Part shown: positions 52,655 to 62,795 of the stretch, piece by piece | How positions within the stretch are numbered: position 1 is the stretch's first letter | How the letters are laid out: each line of letters starts with the position of its first letter | Assembly (NCBI GenBank): GCA_021513715.1 | Contig: CP084167.1 | Coordinates: forward strand, 32,001 to 96,000 | Length of the DNA: 64,000 nucleotides | Direction: 5' to 3' | From: Candidatus Heimdallarchaeum endolithica | GTDB taxonomy: Archaea; Asgardarchaeota; Heimdallarchaeia; Heimdallarchaeales; Heimdallarchaeaceae | Notes under the pieces: generated by a model | Databases searched by the model: none | What the model was told of the DNA's origin: nothing | What the model saw: the letters and a program-made list of their open reading frames with translations, nothing else | Position numbers and translations under genes: made by a program

Positions 52655-53506
52655 ATGGAACATAGCGAATTTAAGTGGGATGTTGAGAATCAACCCAGAT
52701 CACGTATTAGTGTTATTGCTGTTCATAGTCAAAAAGGTGGTCCTGGAAAAACTACTATTTCTGTCAATTTAGCTTTAGAATTTGCAAAGAGGAATAAAAA
52801 AACTCTTTTTGTAGATTTAGATATAGGTGGAGGAACAGCTCAACATGTGTTTAACATTTCTAAAGAAGAAATTAAGTTAACTATTAATGACATACTACTT
52901 GGAAACAAGAATTTTAACAAGAATAACGTTAATCATACTGAAATAGAAAACTTAGATGTAATAGTTTCAAAAGAGGATGTAGAATTTGGTTCAGGCCTAT
53001 TAAATCTAATGAAAGAGATTCAGGATAATGCATTTTTCAGATTAATAGAATTTGTTAATACTGTAAAAAAGAATGGTTATGACTGTATAGTTTTTGATTG
53101 CACACCAGGATGGAAAATTGAAAGTTTATATGCATTATGTGTAAGCGATATTAATCTTTTTATCCTCAGACCAAGTACTTTCAGCTTCAAGGGAGCAAAG
53201 TACATGCTAAATAAGATGTATAGGGAAATTGATGTTTTATCATCTGCAAAAACAAAAAAACCTTCTACTTACTTCATTTATAACCAAACTCCTTTTGATA
53301 AAGAGTCAGAGGTTGAAGAAATATTAGAAAAATGGAAAAAGGAAATTGTTGAAGCATATAAACCTAAGAAAATAGAATTTCTAAAAGAAATACGATATTC
53401 TGATGAAATTAACAATCGCACAATCAATGGTAATTATTTTGCTCCTGAAGGTTCTGAACTTCACTTATCTATTCAGCAAATAACAGATAAATTAGAAAAA
53501 AAATAA
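52655..53506 (+). CDS. MinD/ParA-family ATPase
   Basis: Deviant Walker A KGGPGKTT, VDLD and FDCTPG. Confidence 0.9.
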   Translation: MEHSEFKWDVENQPRSRISVIAVHSQKGGPGKTTISVNLALEFAKRNKKTLFVDLDIGGGTAQHVFNISKEEIKLTINDILLGNKNFNKNNVNHTEIENLDVIVSKEDVEFGSGLLNLMKEIQDNAFFRLIEFVNTVKKNGYDCIVFDCTPGWKIESLYALCVSDINLFILRPSTFSFKGAKYMLNKMYREIDVLSSAKTKKPSTYFIYNQTPFDKESEVEEILEKWKKEIVEAYKPKKIEFLKEIRYSDEINNRTINGNYFAPEGSELHLSIQQITDKLEKK

Positions 53507-53543
53507 TTGAAAGAAATCGATAACAACTTTCTATAAAATAAAG

Positions 53544-54886
53544 TTACAATTCTTTTAGTTCCAATTTGACTATTTTTCTTTTCCATTTATTGAACTCTGT
53601 TACTTCTGTTGGATAAGAGAGAGAGAGTTTTTCAATCTTTTTAGCAATTAGAATCATTCTTATTAGTCTAAGCATGAGTTTAGGTTTTTTTAACGCTTTA
53701 ATGAATTTACTAAAAATGGGTGGTTTATAGCCTAAATCACCTAAAACACTATTAACATCTTCTTGAGTTATAATACCACTAGCAAATAAATATTCAAAGT
53801 CTAAAATAGGATATTTTTTCATGAATTTGTGGATAGCTATCCCCATACTTCCTAAATAACCAAATTTTTGCCAGATATCTATATTATATTGCCACAAACT
53901 TTCTTCAGAAAAATCTCTTCTTGCAAATGCGGAGATAATTGTTCTTGCAGCATAATATCCAGATAATAGAGCTAGACCATGCCCTTCTCCATTTATTGGA
54001 TTTGCTAATGCAGCAGCATCACCACAAACAATCAAATTTTCTCCCACCATTGAATACAGAGGTAAACGACCAGGAAGTAAATCAGTATCATGTCTAATAA
54101 CTTTACACTAAGGAAAAATCTTTTCTCTAATTTTTTCTAGAACATCACTTGGGTTGATCTTCTTATTCTGTTCATTTATTAACCAACCTACTCCTACGTT
54201 CAACTTTGTTTTACCTTTTGAAAAAATCCAAAAGTAACCAGGAGGAGGAAGTTCAGGATGAAGTTCTATCCTCATTTGTTTCTGAAAAGAATGTTCTTCT
54301 TTTGTTTGAATAATTTCTCTACATGAAACTATAGTTTCCTCTCTACTAACTTGGTTAATTTTAGGAAATATATCACTAGGAAGCTGTTTTCTTATTATTG
54401 CAGTATATCCAGAACAATCTGTTACTATTTTGGAATAATAATGCTTCTTTTTTCCTGTCTTATCTTTAGTAACTACACCAACAATTTTTCCTTCTGTAAT
54501 GATAGGTTCCACGGCTTTTGTTTCTGTTAATATAGAAATTGTTGGGAAATTTTGCACATTTTTAATAATTGTTGGCCATACTTTAATCTATCAATAGTTC
54601 TACATTGAAAAGCGATACTTATTTCAAACTTGTTTGCAGAAGAGAGATGAACTGTTTCTAGTTTCTCACAAACAGATTCAGAATTTGGTTCTTCTATCTG
54701 ACAAAGAGTTTTTAGCTCTTCTGTTCTTTCGAATCCTAAAGCATCCCCACAAGTTTTTTCTCCTATTAATTTTATAGATTTTTTTTCAATTAATAATGTA
54801 CTTAGCTTGTTTTTTCCTAAACAATAAGCAAGACTCAATCCTGCAGGACCTGCTCCAATAATAATAACATCAAACGAAGAATTCAA
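53544..54886 (-). pseudogene. Geranylgeranyl reductase-family FAD oxidoreductase, interrupted
   Basis: IIGAGPAG, KTCGD, PGYFWIF and CGDAAALANPINGEG motifs. One frameshift in the T5 run at 54559-63 and an in-frame TAG at 54108-10. Confidence 0.85.
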
Positions 54887-55022
54887 ATTTACCGCTTTGC
54901 TATAATTTGTATGTTAAAAAAGTTTTCTCCAAATATGATTTAATGAACTTTATAATTTCAAATGAAGCCTTTTTATAAAAGTTCATTGATTACAATTATC
55001 AAAACAAACTTTCTATAATACT

Positions 55023-55646
55023 TCAGAAAGAGGAAGAATTAAAACAACTCATCTTTTTATAAGATTTTTCAACTTTTTTAATTATTTTATTGAAAACCTT
55101 TGAAATAATAACTTGTTCTAGTTTTATTCCTACTATTTCTGAATACTTTTTCAAAATGTAGAAATTTTGGTAAAGCGATAAATCTTGATCTGCGTTTTGG
55201 CTTAATAGACCTAAAAGTTGGTTTAAGATGTTTTTATCAAAATCAAATTTTCTTAAAATTTGTAAATGAGCTTCTTCTATTGCTTTTTTTTGAAATAGAT
55301 GTATAGATTCTGATAATGCGAACATGAACCTTAGGCACTCTGATTCTTCACCTTCAGCTAAAGCTTCAGATTTTATTTTATAAATAGAATAAACTTCCTC
55401 AAAATCAATTCCTAAAATACTTGTTAGAGATTGAATAAATTCTAATTCACTTTTTTCTTCCCATAATTTTGTAATAGAAAATATCTTATCATACATTTTT
55501 TTTATTATTTCTGAACTGCTACTTATTTTCATTTGCTTTTTTGATGTTCTATCTATAAGAAAGAAAGGTTCTTTGAAAAATTGTTGTTGAAGTAAATAAT
55601 TTATCACGTCGCTTATATTACACTGTTCTAAGGTCATCATGTTCAC
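55023..55646 (-). CDS. Hypothetical helical protein
   Basis: 207-aa ORF. Confidence 0.6.
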   Translation of the reverse strand: MNMMTLEQCNISDVINYLLQQQFFKEPFFLIDRTSKKQMKISSSSEIIKKMYDKIFSITKLWEEKSELEFIQSLTSILGIDFEEVYSIYKIKSEALAEGEESECLRFMFALSESIHLFQKKAIEEAHLQILRKFDFDKNILNQLLGLLSQNADQDLSLYQNFYILKKYSEIVGIKLEQVIISKVFNKIIKKVEKSYKKMSCFNSSSF

Positions 55647-55758
55647 AAAGTAGAATTGCTTTATAATAAGAAGTCTTTTCTTATTTATATATATTTTTAG
55701 TTATCCACAAATGTTATACAAAAAAGCGAAAAAGAAAAGGTAAAAGTGAAATCACCAA

Positions 55759-57444
55759 CTATAATTTGCTTTTTTTAGAAATAAAAATAGACTTTATCCT
55801 TTCTTTATAAAAAACAAATAAGAAGGAAATTATAATAACTAAAAAATAAATACTGAAGGCTACTATCCATTTCCACCAGATATAGTTATTAGCCCAACAC
55901 AAACTTAATGTTGCTACAGAAAGGGTCATTAACAGTGCTATTGGAGCACTTTTCTTAATCACTTCTCCTTCAATTCCTACTTCATCTATTACAGCAGCTG
56001 CATTTTGTATCTTTGCTGGTGATAGAACAGAAGCTAATCCTCCCCCTACACCATTAGCTGTTCCAACAGCGACAGCTATTAAACCTATTTGTTCTGAAGC
56101 TGTTTTATGCAAAAGAGTGAACATTGCAATAGATGATGTTTCTGAACCACTTACAAAACCGCCTAGTAAACCAATAAATGGTACAATTAAAGGATAATAT
56201 TTGCCAAAAGCGTTTGCTGACGCTGTAGCTAAAATATAGATAATGTTATTTTCAGTAATTTTGAACCAAGAATTATTTTGAAAGATGTATCCTGAATAAA
56301 TTAATAGAAAAGCGACAGCAAAATAGATTGCTGCTGCATAAACAGGACGATAGCTTCTCTTTATCCATTTTTTAGCAGTTTGCACAAGATGTTCTTTTTT
56401 CCAGCCTAAAACAGGAATTGAAAGTATCGTTGCTACAAGAACCCAGAAGTAAGCTTGCTCTAGAAATCTTGTAGTGATAACAATTTCTCCTATTGTAAAT
56501 GCAAAAGGTAGTTGATTATGAAATAAATTAGAAAGAAAAGGTATAAAGTTTACTAAAGACACGAAAAGTATGAGTAATATCCATGGAAACATAGCTCTTA
56601 CTAATGACATTGATTGATCTATTTTCTTTTCTTCTTCTGTAACTACGCTTTTGTCTATTATTTTTACCTTTTTAATTAATGCTAAAATTACTAAAACTGT
56701 AGCAGTAATTATTCCAGATACAACTCCAGTAAGCTTGACTATACCTAAATAATTTGAGATAATAGCTGACACTCCAGCTGTTAATCCGCCCACAATTCCA
56801 AAAGTAAACCCATCTTTACTAAAAAGTAAATCTTTCCCTCCTGCAAGATAGAGCATACCTAAAGCTATTCCTAAAGAAACTAGCGGCATATAATAACTAA
56901 AAGCTATTCCTGATTCTTTCAAAGGAATGTTCATAAACTCTGCAAAAAATACAGCAGGAACAGCAAGTAAAGCATAAGTACATAGAGGGTCATAACCTAT
57001 TGATGGAAGAGCAACTGCTGCAAAAGCGCTATAACCCATAGCTGCTAGAACAGGAGGTAGCATTGTAACAGGTGTTGCACCAATTGAAACAAGAAAAGTT
57101 CCAAATGAGAGATTAATTAACATTATTTGAAAAGCTTTATTTCCTCCACCTATTTTTTTGAACGAAACTACTATCTTAGCAAGAGCTCCAGTCTTTTCCA
57201 TATAAGTCATCATTAAAATGCTTGTTAAAACCATCAAACTAATTGGAAAACTCTTAGCAAGACCGCCTATAGAAGTGAGAAAAGCTATTTTCCAATTTGT
57301 TTTAAAATAAAAAATCGATAGAACTAAGAAAAGTACAAATATTAAGGTTCCAGTAGTATCTGCTTTCCATTTAAATTTTATTAACAAAACGGAAGCTATT
57401 AGAAAAGGTAGTAGTATTAACAAAATGTCAATTACTAAACTCAT
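55759..57444 (-). CDS. lctP: L-lactate permease family transporter
   Basis: Highly hydrophobic; GGFVSGSETSSIAMF and SVLSPAKI motifs. Confidence 0.85.
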   Translation of the reverse strand: MSLVIDILLILLPFLIASVLLIKFKWKADTTGTLIFVLFLVLSIFYFKTNWKIAFLTSIGGLAKSFPISLMVLTSILMMTYMEKTGALAKIVVSFKKIGGGNKAFQIMLINLSFGTFLVSIGATPVTMLPPVLAAMGYSAFAAVALPSIGYDPLCTYALLAVPAVFFAEFMNIPLKESGIAFSYYMPLVSLGIALGMLYLAGGKDLLFSKDGFTFGIVGGLTAGVSAIISNYLGIVKLTGVVSGIITATVLVILALIKKVKIIDKSVVTEEEKKIDQSMSLVRAMFPWILLILFVSLVNFIPFLSNLFHNQLPFAFTIGEIVITTRFLEQAYFWVLVATILSIPVLGWKKEHLVQTAKKWIKRSYRPVYAAAIYFAVAFLLIYSGYIFQNNSWFKITENNIIYILATASANAFGKYYPLIVPFIGLLGGFVSGSETSSIAMFTLLHKTASEQIGLIAVAVGTANGVGGGLASVLSPAKIQNAAAVIDEVGIEGEVIKKSAPIALLMTLSVATLSLCWANNYIWWKWIVAFSIYFLVIIISFLFVFYKERIKSIFISKKSKL

Positions 57445-57466
57445 ATCCTTTAAAAAACGAATAAAA

Positions 57467-59521
57467 TTAAAAATGTTCTTGAATCTTTTTAAAAATAGTT
57501 TCAGTTACCCCCTCTTCTTTTAGAATGGGGTATACATCTATAGCATAATTGATCAATCGTGATTTACTATCATGGGTGTAAAAATTGGATATTAGAGAAA
57601 AAGAAAAATTTCCTAAAGGAAAAATTGTTGCAATAAATCCAGAATTGAAAACAAAACGACAATCATTATTGTTATTGTTTACTTTTTCCACATGAATCTC
57701 TTTTGATATCTTGAAAATAAGAGAAACCATTCCTCCCAACAACTCATTTGAAAGAAATAAATTATCCTCAACAAAATTGTAAGACAGTAATACTTTTTCT
57801 TCAGTCGAGTCAATTATTTGTAAAACAAGTAAATTCTCCTTTAATGGAGTAAAAGTTCTGATAATCTCAAAAAAATCTATTTCTGTAAGAACTAAGTGGT
57901 TTAAATCATAATGATAACTATTAACTAATTTTGTTATTTGGCTAGTCTTTTTATTACAATTTGCAAAAAGTTCAACTTCAATGTTGTTAATAATTTGTAG
58001 TAAAATAGAATCAGAGATATTAAATTTGGCTAAAGACTCTTTGATATTGTAGAAAAAAGAGTTAGCTTTATCAGGGAAATCTAAAATAATGAAAAATTGA
58101 GAAATTTGAGTAGTATAATTAATCCACTGAAAAAGACTGAAATATCTTTTTAATACATTATTGCTTTCCTTAAAAATATGAATTATATTGTTTACAATAG
58201 TATTTTTTTCATCATAAATCCTAAATTTTAGGAGATATACTCTAATTAGAATAGAATTTCTTTTAAGAAGACAATAACTACTTTTTAATGTAGAAATTTC
58301 AATATAGTTTTCTAATAGTATTTTTTCTGCATTCCAGATATTTTCTTTTAATAATTCAATTTGAGCCGTTCTTATCTTATATTCAAAAACATATCCTGAG
58401 TTTTCTTCAAGATTTAAGATTTTTTCTATAAAATTCTTGAATAAAATGAGATATTTATTAGCTTCTTCAGTATTTTTGATAGTTAAATAATAATCAAAGG
58501 CAACAGTATAAAGTTGAACCACTTCAAAATTGAATTTATTAGCTAGTTTAAACGATTTCTTCAAATAAGACTCTGAATTTTCAAAATGGTTCAATATCAA
58601 AAAAATTTTACTTAAGTATAAATAAATCCTAATTAAATTTTGAGAAATGTACTTTTTCTCAAAAAAATACATAGTTTCAATCAAGATATCCAAACTTTCA
58701 TCAACATACCCTTTTTGAAAACGTATATAAGCTAAATTTGCCTTTTCGATATTCTTTCTAATTTCAATTTTTAATAATTCAAAAATATTGAAACTTTTTC
58801 TATATAAAATTTCAGCGTTATCTAAATCAAAATAAAATATAATTGATGCTAGTTCTGAAAAAATACAACCTAAAATATACTGATCTTCTAGTTCTTCATT
58901 TTTCAAGATAGTAATCGCTTGAGAAAAAAAGTTTTTTGCTTCTATAATCTTGCCTTTCTTATTATTAATTTTACCTTTCACATACATTAATATTGAATTA
59001 TAATAAGCGATTATTCTTTCTGGGTATTTATCTTTCAAACCTTTAATAATTGTTCCTGCTTTATTTAGTAGAGAATCAATTGGTTCTATTTGATTACAAT
59101 TAAGATGGAATTGTATTTTTTCAATGATATAATCGAAATAGAGAAAAGGAGAAACTTCAGAATTGTTAATAAAAGATTCATCTAAAAAATAAATTAATTC
59201 CTTTGCATCATTGCAACCCATTTCAGTATTTAATAAACCCAAATAATATGTTCCAACCCATATATTCATGTATTGAGAATATAATTGCTCTAATTTTTCT
59301 TTAAAATTGTACATTTTTAGTATATACGCTATTTTACTTTGATAAATAGGGGAAAGTCTAGATTCGATTATTTCTGACCAATTATTCACAATAAGACTAA
59401 CAACATCTACAAGATTAGGAGATTCATGATCAAAAAATACATTTTCTCTATCATCCTCAAAATAATAGTTAAATCTAAATAATTCTCCTAATTGCAAATT
59501 AACTTCTGCTTTTTTTGGCAA
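57467..59521 (-). CDS. TPR-repeat protein with a C-terminal longin/roadblock-like domain
   Basis: TPR helices, then LLVLQIIDSTEEKVLLSYNF...NELLGGMVSLIFKISKEI. Confidence 0.75.
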   Translation of the reverse strand: MPKKAEVNLQLGELFRFNYYFEDDRENVFFDHESPNLVDVVSLIVNNWSEIIESRLSPIYQSKIAYILKMYNFKEKLEQLYSQYMNIWVGTYYLGLLNTEMGCNDAKELIYFLDESFINNSEVSPFLYFDYIIEKIQFHLNCNQIEPIDSLLNKAGTIIKGLKDKYPERIIAYYNSILMYVKGKINNKKGKIIEAKNFFSQAITILKNEELEDQYILGCIFSELASIIFYFDLDNAEILYRKSFNIFELLKIEIRKNIEKANLAYIRFQKGYVDESLDILIETMYFFEKKYISQNLIRIYLYLSKIFLILNHFENSESYLKKSFKLANKFNFEVVQLYTVAFDYYLTIKNTEEANKYLILFKNFIEKILNLEENSGYVFEYKIRTAQIELLKENIWNAEKILLENYIEISTLKSSYCLLKRNSILIRVYLLKFRIYDEKNTIVNNIIHIFKESNNVLKRYFSLFQWINYTTQISQFFIILDFPDKANSFFYNIKESLAKFNISDSILLQIINNIEVELFANCNKKTSQITKLVNSYHYDLNHLVLTEIDFFEIIRTFTPLKENLLVLQIIDSTEEKVLLSYNFVEDNLFLSNELLGGMVSLIFKISKEIHVEKVNNNNNDCRFVFNSGFIATIFPLGNFSFSLISNFYTHDSKSRLINYAIDVYPILKEEGVTETIFKKIQEHF

Positions 59522-59575
59522 TTTAAAAAATCTTTGTTAGTCTTAGTCCAAAAATAAAAAATTAGATTAGAATAA

Positions 59576-59597
59576 AGGAGAAGAATATTCTTCTCCT
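59576..59597. promoter_or_regulatory. Perfect 22-bp palindrome AGGAGAAGAATATTCTTCTCCT
   Basis: Self-complementary; lies in the divergent intergenic region between the TPR-longin and GriD-like genes. Confidence 0.55.
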
Positions 59598-59742
59598 GCA
59601 GATATGGGAGCAAGAGGTTATCTCGTGCTAATTTGTGGGTATTTATTCTATAACTATTTATCTTATAAATTCAAAAGAAAAAAGTAGACAAAAAAATTTC
59701 CTTCTTTATAAATGATTCTTGTAATTAATAATTGAAAATAAA

Positions 59743-61173
59743 ATGAGTTCTTTACTAAGTGATTTACCAACATTAAGAAATGGTACAGAATATTTAAGTT
59801 CAACAAAGGTACCTTTGAAAGGAATAAACGGAAAATTTCTTACTAACATAAGTTTTTCTCCTGAACTTCATATACAAATGGCAATTCCAATAAACAGAGG
59901 AATAGGTTTTCGAAAACTATCAAAAATACCAATAGATGATCTCATTGATATCTATGTTGAAGCTGGAAAGATTTTCTCAAAAGAAATGGTAATAGGTGGT
60001 CAAAGCACTACGCTTGAAGATTGGAACAAACTAATCACTTTATCAACAGGAATGCCTATTTCTGTGGTTAGAAACGCTGTAGGAATGATACCTTCTTTTT
60101 TCAAGAAGGAACAATTAGAACGTTTTCTCACTGCTAACAGTCCTACAGGTGAATTGGAAGTATATGATAAGTTAATGGGAGTTAGAGGAAAAACAAAGTT
60201 TGGTTTCGCTCCAAGAGGAAAAAACGTTGGTGTAGCTCTTCCTGGCAATCATCCTGCAGTAGCTTTATTTGGAGCACTAATTCCATTATTCAAGATTCCT
60301 GCAATAATACGCTCATCAAGCAGTGAACCTTTTACAAGTTATAGAATTTGTAAATCTTTATGGGAAGCAGGAATACCTTCAGAAGCTCTTTTTCACTTTG
60401 TGACTACTCATGCAGAAGTTGATACTTTGGTGACAAAAAGCGATTTAGGAATAGTATTTGGTTCAGATTGGACAATTCAAATGTATGGGAAAAACAATAA
60501 AATTAAAGCTTACGGGCCAGGTAGATCAAAAATACTAGTAGATGCTGATAAGATGAGTACATATAGAATGCGTCAAGCTCTTGATATCGCTTATAGAAGC
60601 ATAACTTATGATGGAGGAAGAGGATGTATTAATGCATCAGGAATAATTTATAATTCAGAAGAAGGATATGATGAATTTAAACACAAACTCGCTAGAAAAC
60701 TAGCTAAGATAGAGCCTTATCATCCTCTTGAAGAAGAATCCCAACTTCCTGCTATGACAAAAGAAGCAGCAATAAATTTAGCAAGTTATATTAATCAAAG
60801 AATGAAAAATACGAAAGATCTAACAGCTGAATATAGGGGATACGATGATTTCCTCTATCTAAATGGAGAATTTGGTTATTTACTTCCAATGCTTTTAGAA
60901 ATTGATGAGAATCATAAGATGCGAACAGATGAATATCCTTTCCCATTTGGAACAATAACAAAAGTTGAGGAATACTTACCTCATGAGCTAGTTAGAGATA
61001 CGCTTGCTTTAAGTGTTATTACAGATAAAAAAGAAAAAGTAAAAGAATATCTATTAGAACCATCGATTCACAAAGTGTTTGTAAATGAGAGTTCTTTTTT
61101 GATGGATTTAGCTGCTCCTCATGAAGGGTTTATGAGTGACTTTCTTTATCAAAAGAAAGCAACTAATTTATAA
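59743..61173 (+). CDS. EhpG/GriD-like aldehyde dehydrogenase-fold (LuxC-related) reductase subunit
   Basis: LPGNHPAV, SSSEPFT, VFG, YGPGRSKIL, GGRGCINAS (catalytic Cys), EYPFPF and PHEGFMSDFL motifs. Confidence 0.82.
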   Translation: MSSLLSDLPTLRNGTEYLSSTKVPLKGINGKFLTNISFSPELHIQMAIPINRGIGFRKLSKIPIDDLIDIYVEAGKIFSKEMVIGGQSTTLEDWNKLITLSTGMPISVVRNAVGMIPSFFKKEQLERFLTANSPTGELEVYDKLMGVRGKTKFGFAPRGKNVGVALPGNHPAVALFGALIPLFKIPAIIRSSSSEPFTSYRICKSLWEAGIPSEALFHFVTTHAEVDTLVTKSDLGIVFGSDWTIQMYGKNNKIKAYGPGRSKILVDADKMSTYRMRQALDIAYRSITYDGGRGCINASGIIYNSEEGYDEFKHKLARKLAKIEPYHPLEEESQLPAMTKEAAINLASYINQRMKNTKDLTAEYRGYDDFLYLNGEFGYLLPMLLEIDENHKMRTDEYPFPFGTITKVEEYLPHELVRDTLALSVITDKKEKVKEYLLEPSIHKVFVNESSFLMDLAAPHEGFMSDFLYQKKATNL

Positions 61174-61238
61174 CAAATTTTTCTTATTTTTTTACTTATA
61201 TTCTCAAAATCTCTAAAAAAAGAGAAAGAGTTAGAGCT

Positions 61239-62762
61239 TTATAACCCTAATATAGCTTTAACTAAAGGTAGAAGCACACCAAAGGAGGCAAGTAATCTAG
61301 GTCCCCATACTTGTAAAATAGTTTTGAAATCAATTACTACTCGCATATTGAACATTTGTGTTTCTAGAGGTTCTTCTTTTTCTCTAAACTCAATAGCAAT
61401 CATGTTACTGCCTATATTTTCGCTATGTACTGAAAACCATATACTTGTTCCTTGATAAATAATCCCAGTAACAAGTTTAACAAGAAAGCGTAAATCTGGT
61501 TTTTCATCAAAATCATAATCTTCAGGAATTAGGATAAAATCATCGTACTTACGTATTTTAAATGACATCTCAAAATCATGGGGAGAGAGATCATCAGCTC
61601 CAACAAAACTTAAAGAAATAAAGGGAGAGTAGTCAGGATTTTTGTTTCTATTCCATACGAAGAAGATAATATCTTGGCTTTCTTCTTTCTTTTGAGTAGG
61701 TGGAACTGCACTAGTAAACCAGTATTTTTTCGCATTCATTACATAAGGAGTTTCTTTAAGAGTAAAAATAATTCTGTCAATAATCAAAAATAAATCCCTA
61801 TTTTTCTTGAGTAAAATTGAGAATATTTTTTTCCAAGTTTCTAAATTAAACTCATATTTGTAAAATAGATTATCAATCCTTTCTTCAGGAATAATCCTTT
61901 TTATTTCACTCCTTAAGATGTCAAAATTAATTAAACTTGGAAATCGATGGTGCAAATAAAAAAGAATTAGAATATTTTGAACTGCTAAATTTTTTCTTTC
62001 TATTAGAAAATCAATTTTAGGAGCAAAATCCTCGTTTAATTCCTTAACTGACTTTTCACTCCATTTCAAGAAATAGATTCGTGTTATAGGATCAAGCAAA
62101 GTGAATACTGCATCATGAAAGTATGAATTTAAAACATATTTATGTCTTGAAGGTTTATAGTATTTTAACAAAGTTCCAATTCTTAAATCAGCAATTGAAG
62201 GAATACGAAAAATCAATGCTGCTGCAATTGTAAAAAACAGAAAGCTCAAGGTTAGATAAAGATTAAGAGATGCTAGTTTTTCTTCACTAATAATATAATT
62301 AAAAAATCTCGCAAACTCTTCTTTGATTTTAATAGCAAAATAAAAAAACAGCCAAGATAAAATAGCAAGAAAAAGGATAACAAAAATGAAAAAATTACTC
62401 ATTTTATAACGTCTCTCCAGATTCCTGAAACCTTCAGCTGACTCTATTGGTTTTCCTTCTTCTTTTAGTTTTTTCACTTCATTGTCGAATGATAGTGAGA
62501 CAAAAATAGCATTTATTGAGAGCAATAAACTATTTCCTAAAAGCACTCCCCAACCGATATTGATTGCTAACAAAAAAGAAGAAGAGGTTATTGCTGCTAC
62601 TGATACTCCTTCCAGCGAGATTATTCCTATAAGAAAAATGGTTACTATAAAAGACAAAATATAACCTATAAACCTTGAGTAAAAATTAATTAATTTAGCT
62701 AAATAAAGCACCATAGTTAAAGATAATATTGTAGTTTTATATATGTTTACTAATATTTTCAA
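61239..62762 (-). CDS. Membrane protein of unknown function
   Basis: N-terminal TM helices, a soluble domain and a C-terminal TM helix. Confidence 0.7.
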   Translation of the reverse strand: MKILVNIYKTTILSLTMVLYLAKLINFYSRFIGYILSFIVTIFLIGIISLEGVSVAAITSSSFLLAINIGWGVLLGNSLLLSINAIFVSLSFDNEVKKLKEEGKPIESAEGFRNLERRYKMSNFFIFVILFLAILSWLFFYFAIKIKEEFARFFNYIISEEKLASLNLYLTLSFLFFTIAAALIFRIPSIADLRIGTLLKYYKPSRHKYVLNSYFHDAVFTLLDPITRIYFLKWSEKSVKELNEDFAPKIDFLIERKNLAVQNILILFYLHHRFPSLINFDILRSEIKRIIPEERIDNLFYKYEFNLETWKKIFSILLKKNRDLFLIIDRIIFTLKETPYVMNAKKYWFTSAVPPTQKKEESQDIIFFVWNRNKNPDYSPFISLSFVGADDLSPHDFEMSFKIRKYDDFILIPEDYDFDEKPDLRFLVKLVTGIIYQGTSIWFSVHSENIGSNMIAIEFREKEEPLETQMFNMRVVIDFKTILQVWGPRLLASFGVLLPLVKAILGL

Positions 62763-62795
62763 CAGACAGGTTTTTTACAAGTCAATTCATTTGAT

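Noticed and set aside
54108-54110. Pyrrolysine readthrough of the in-frame TAG
   Set aside because: The same gene has a frameshift, the position is not an obvious catalytic site, and no pyl genes are in the window.
19611-57444. LarA plus LctP as a lactate utilisation operon
   Set aside because: The genes are ~35 kb apart, no larBCE is in the window, and both families have broader substrate ranges.
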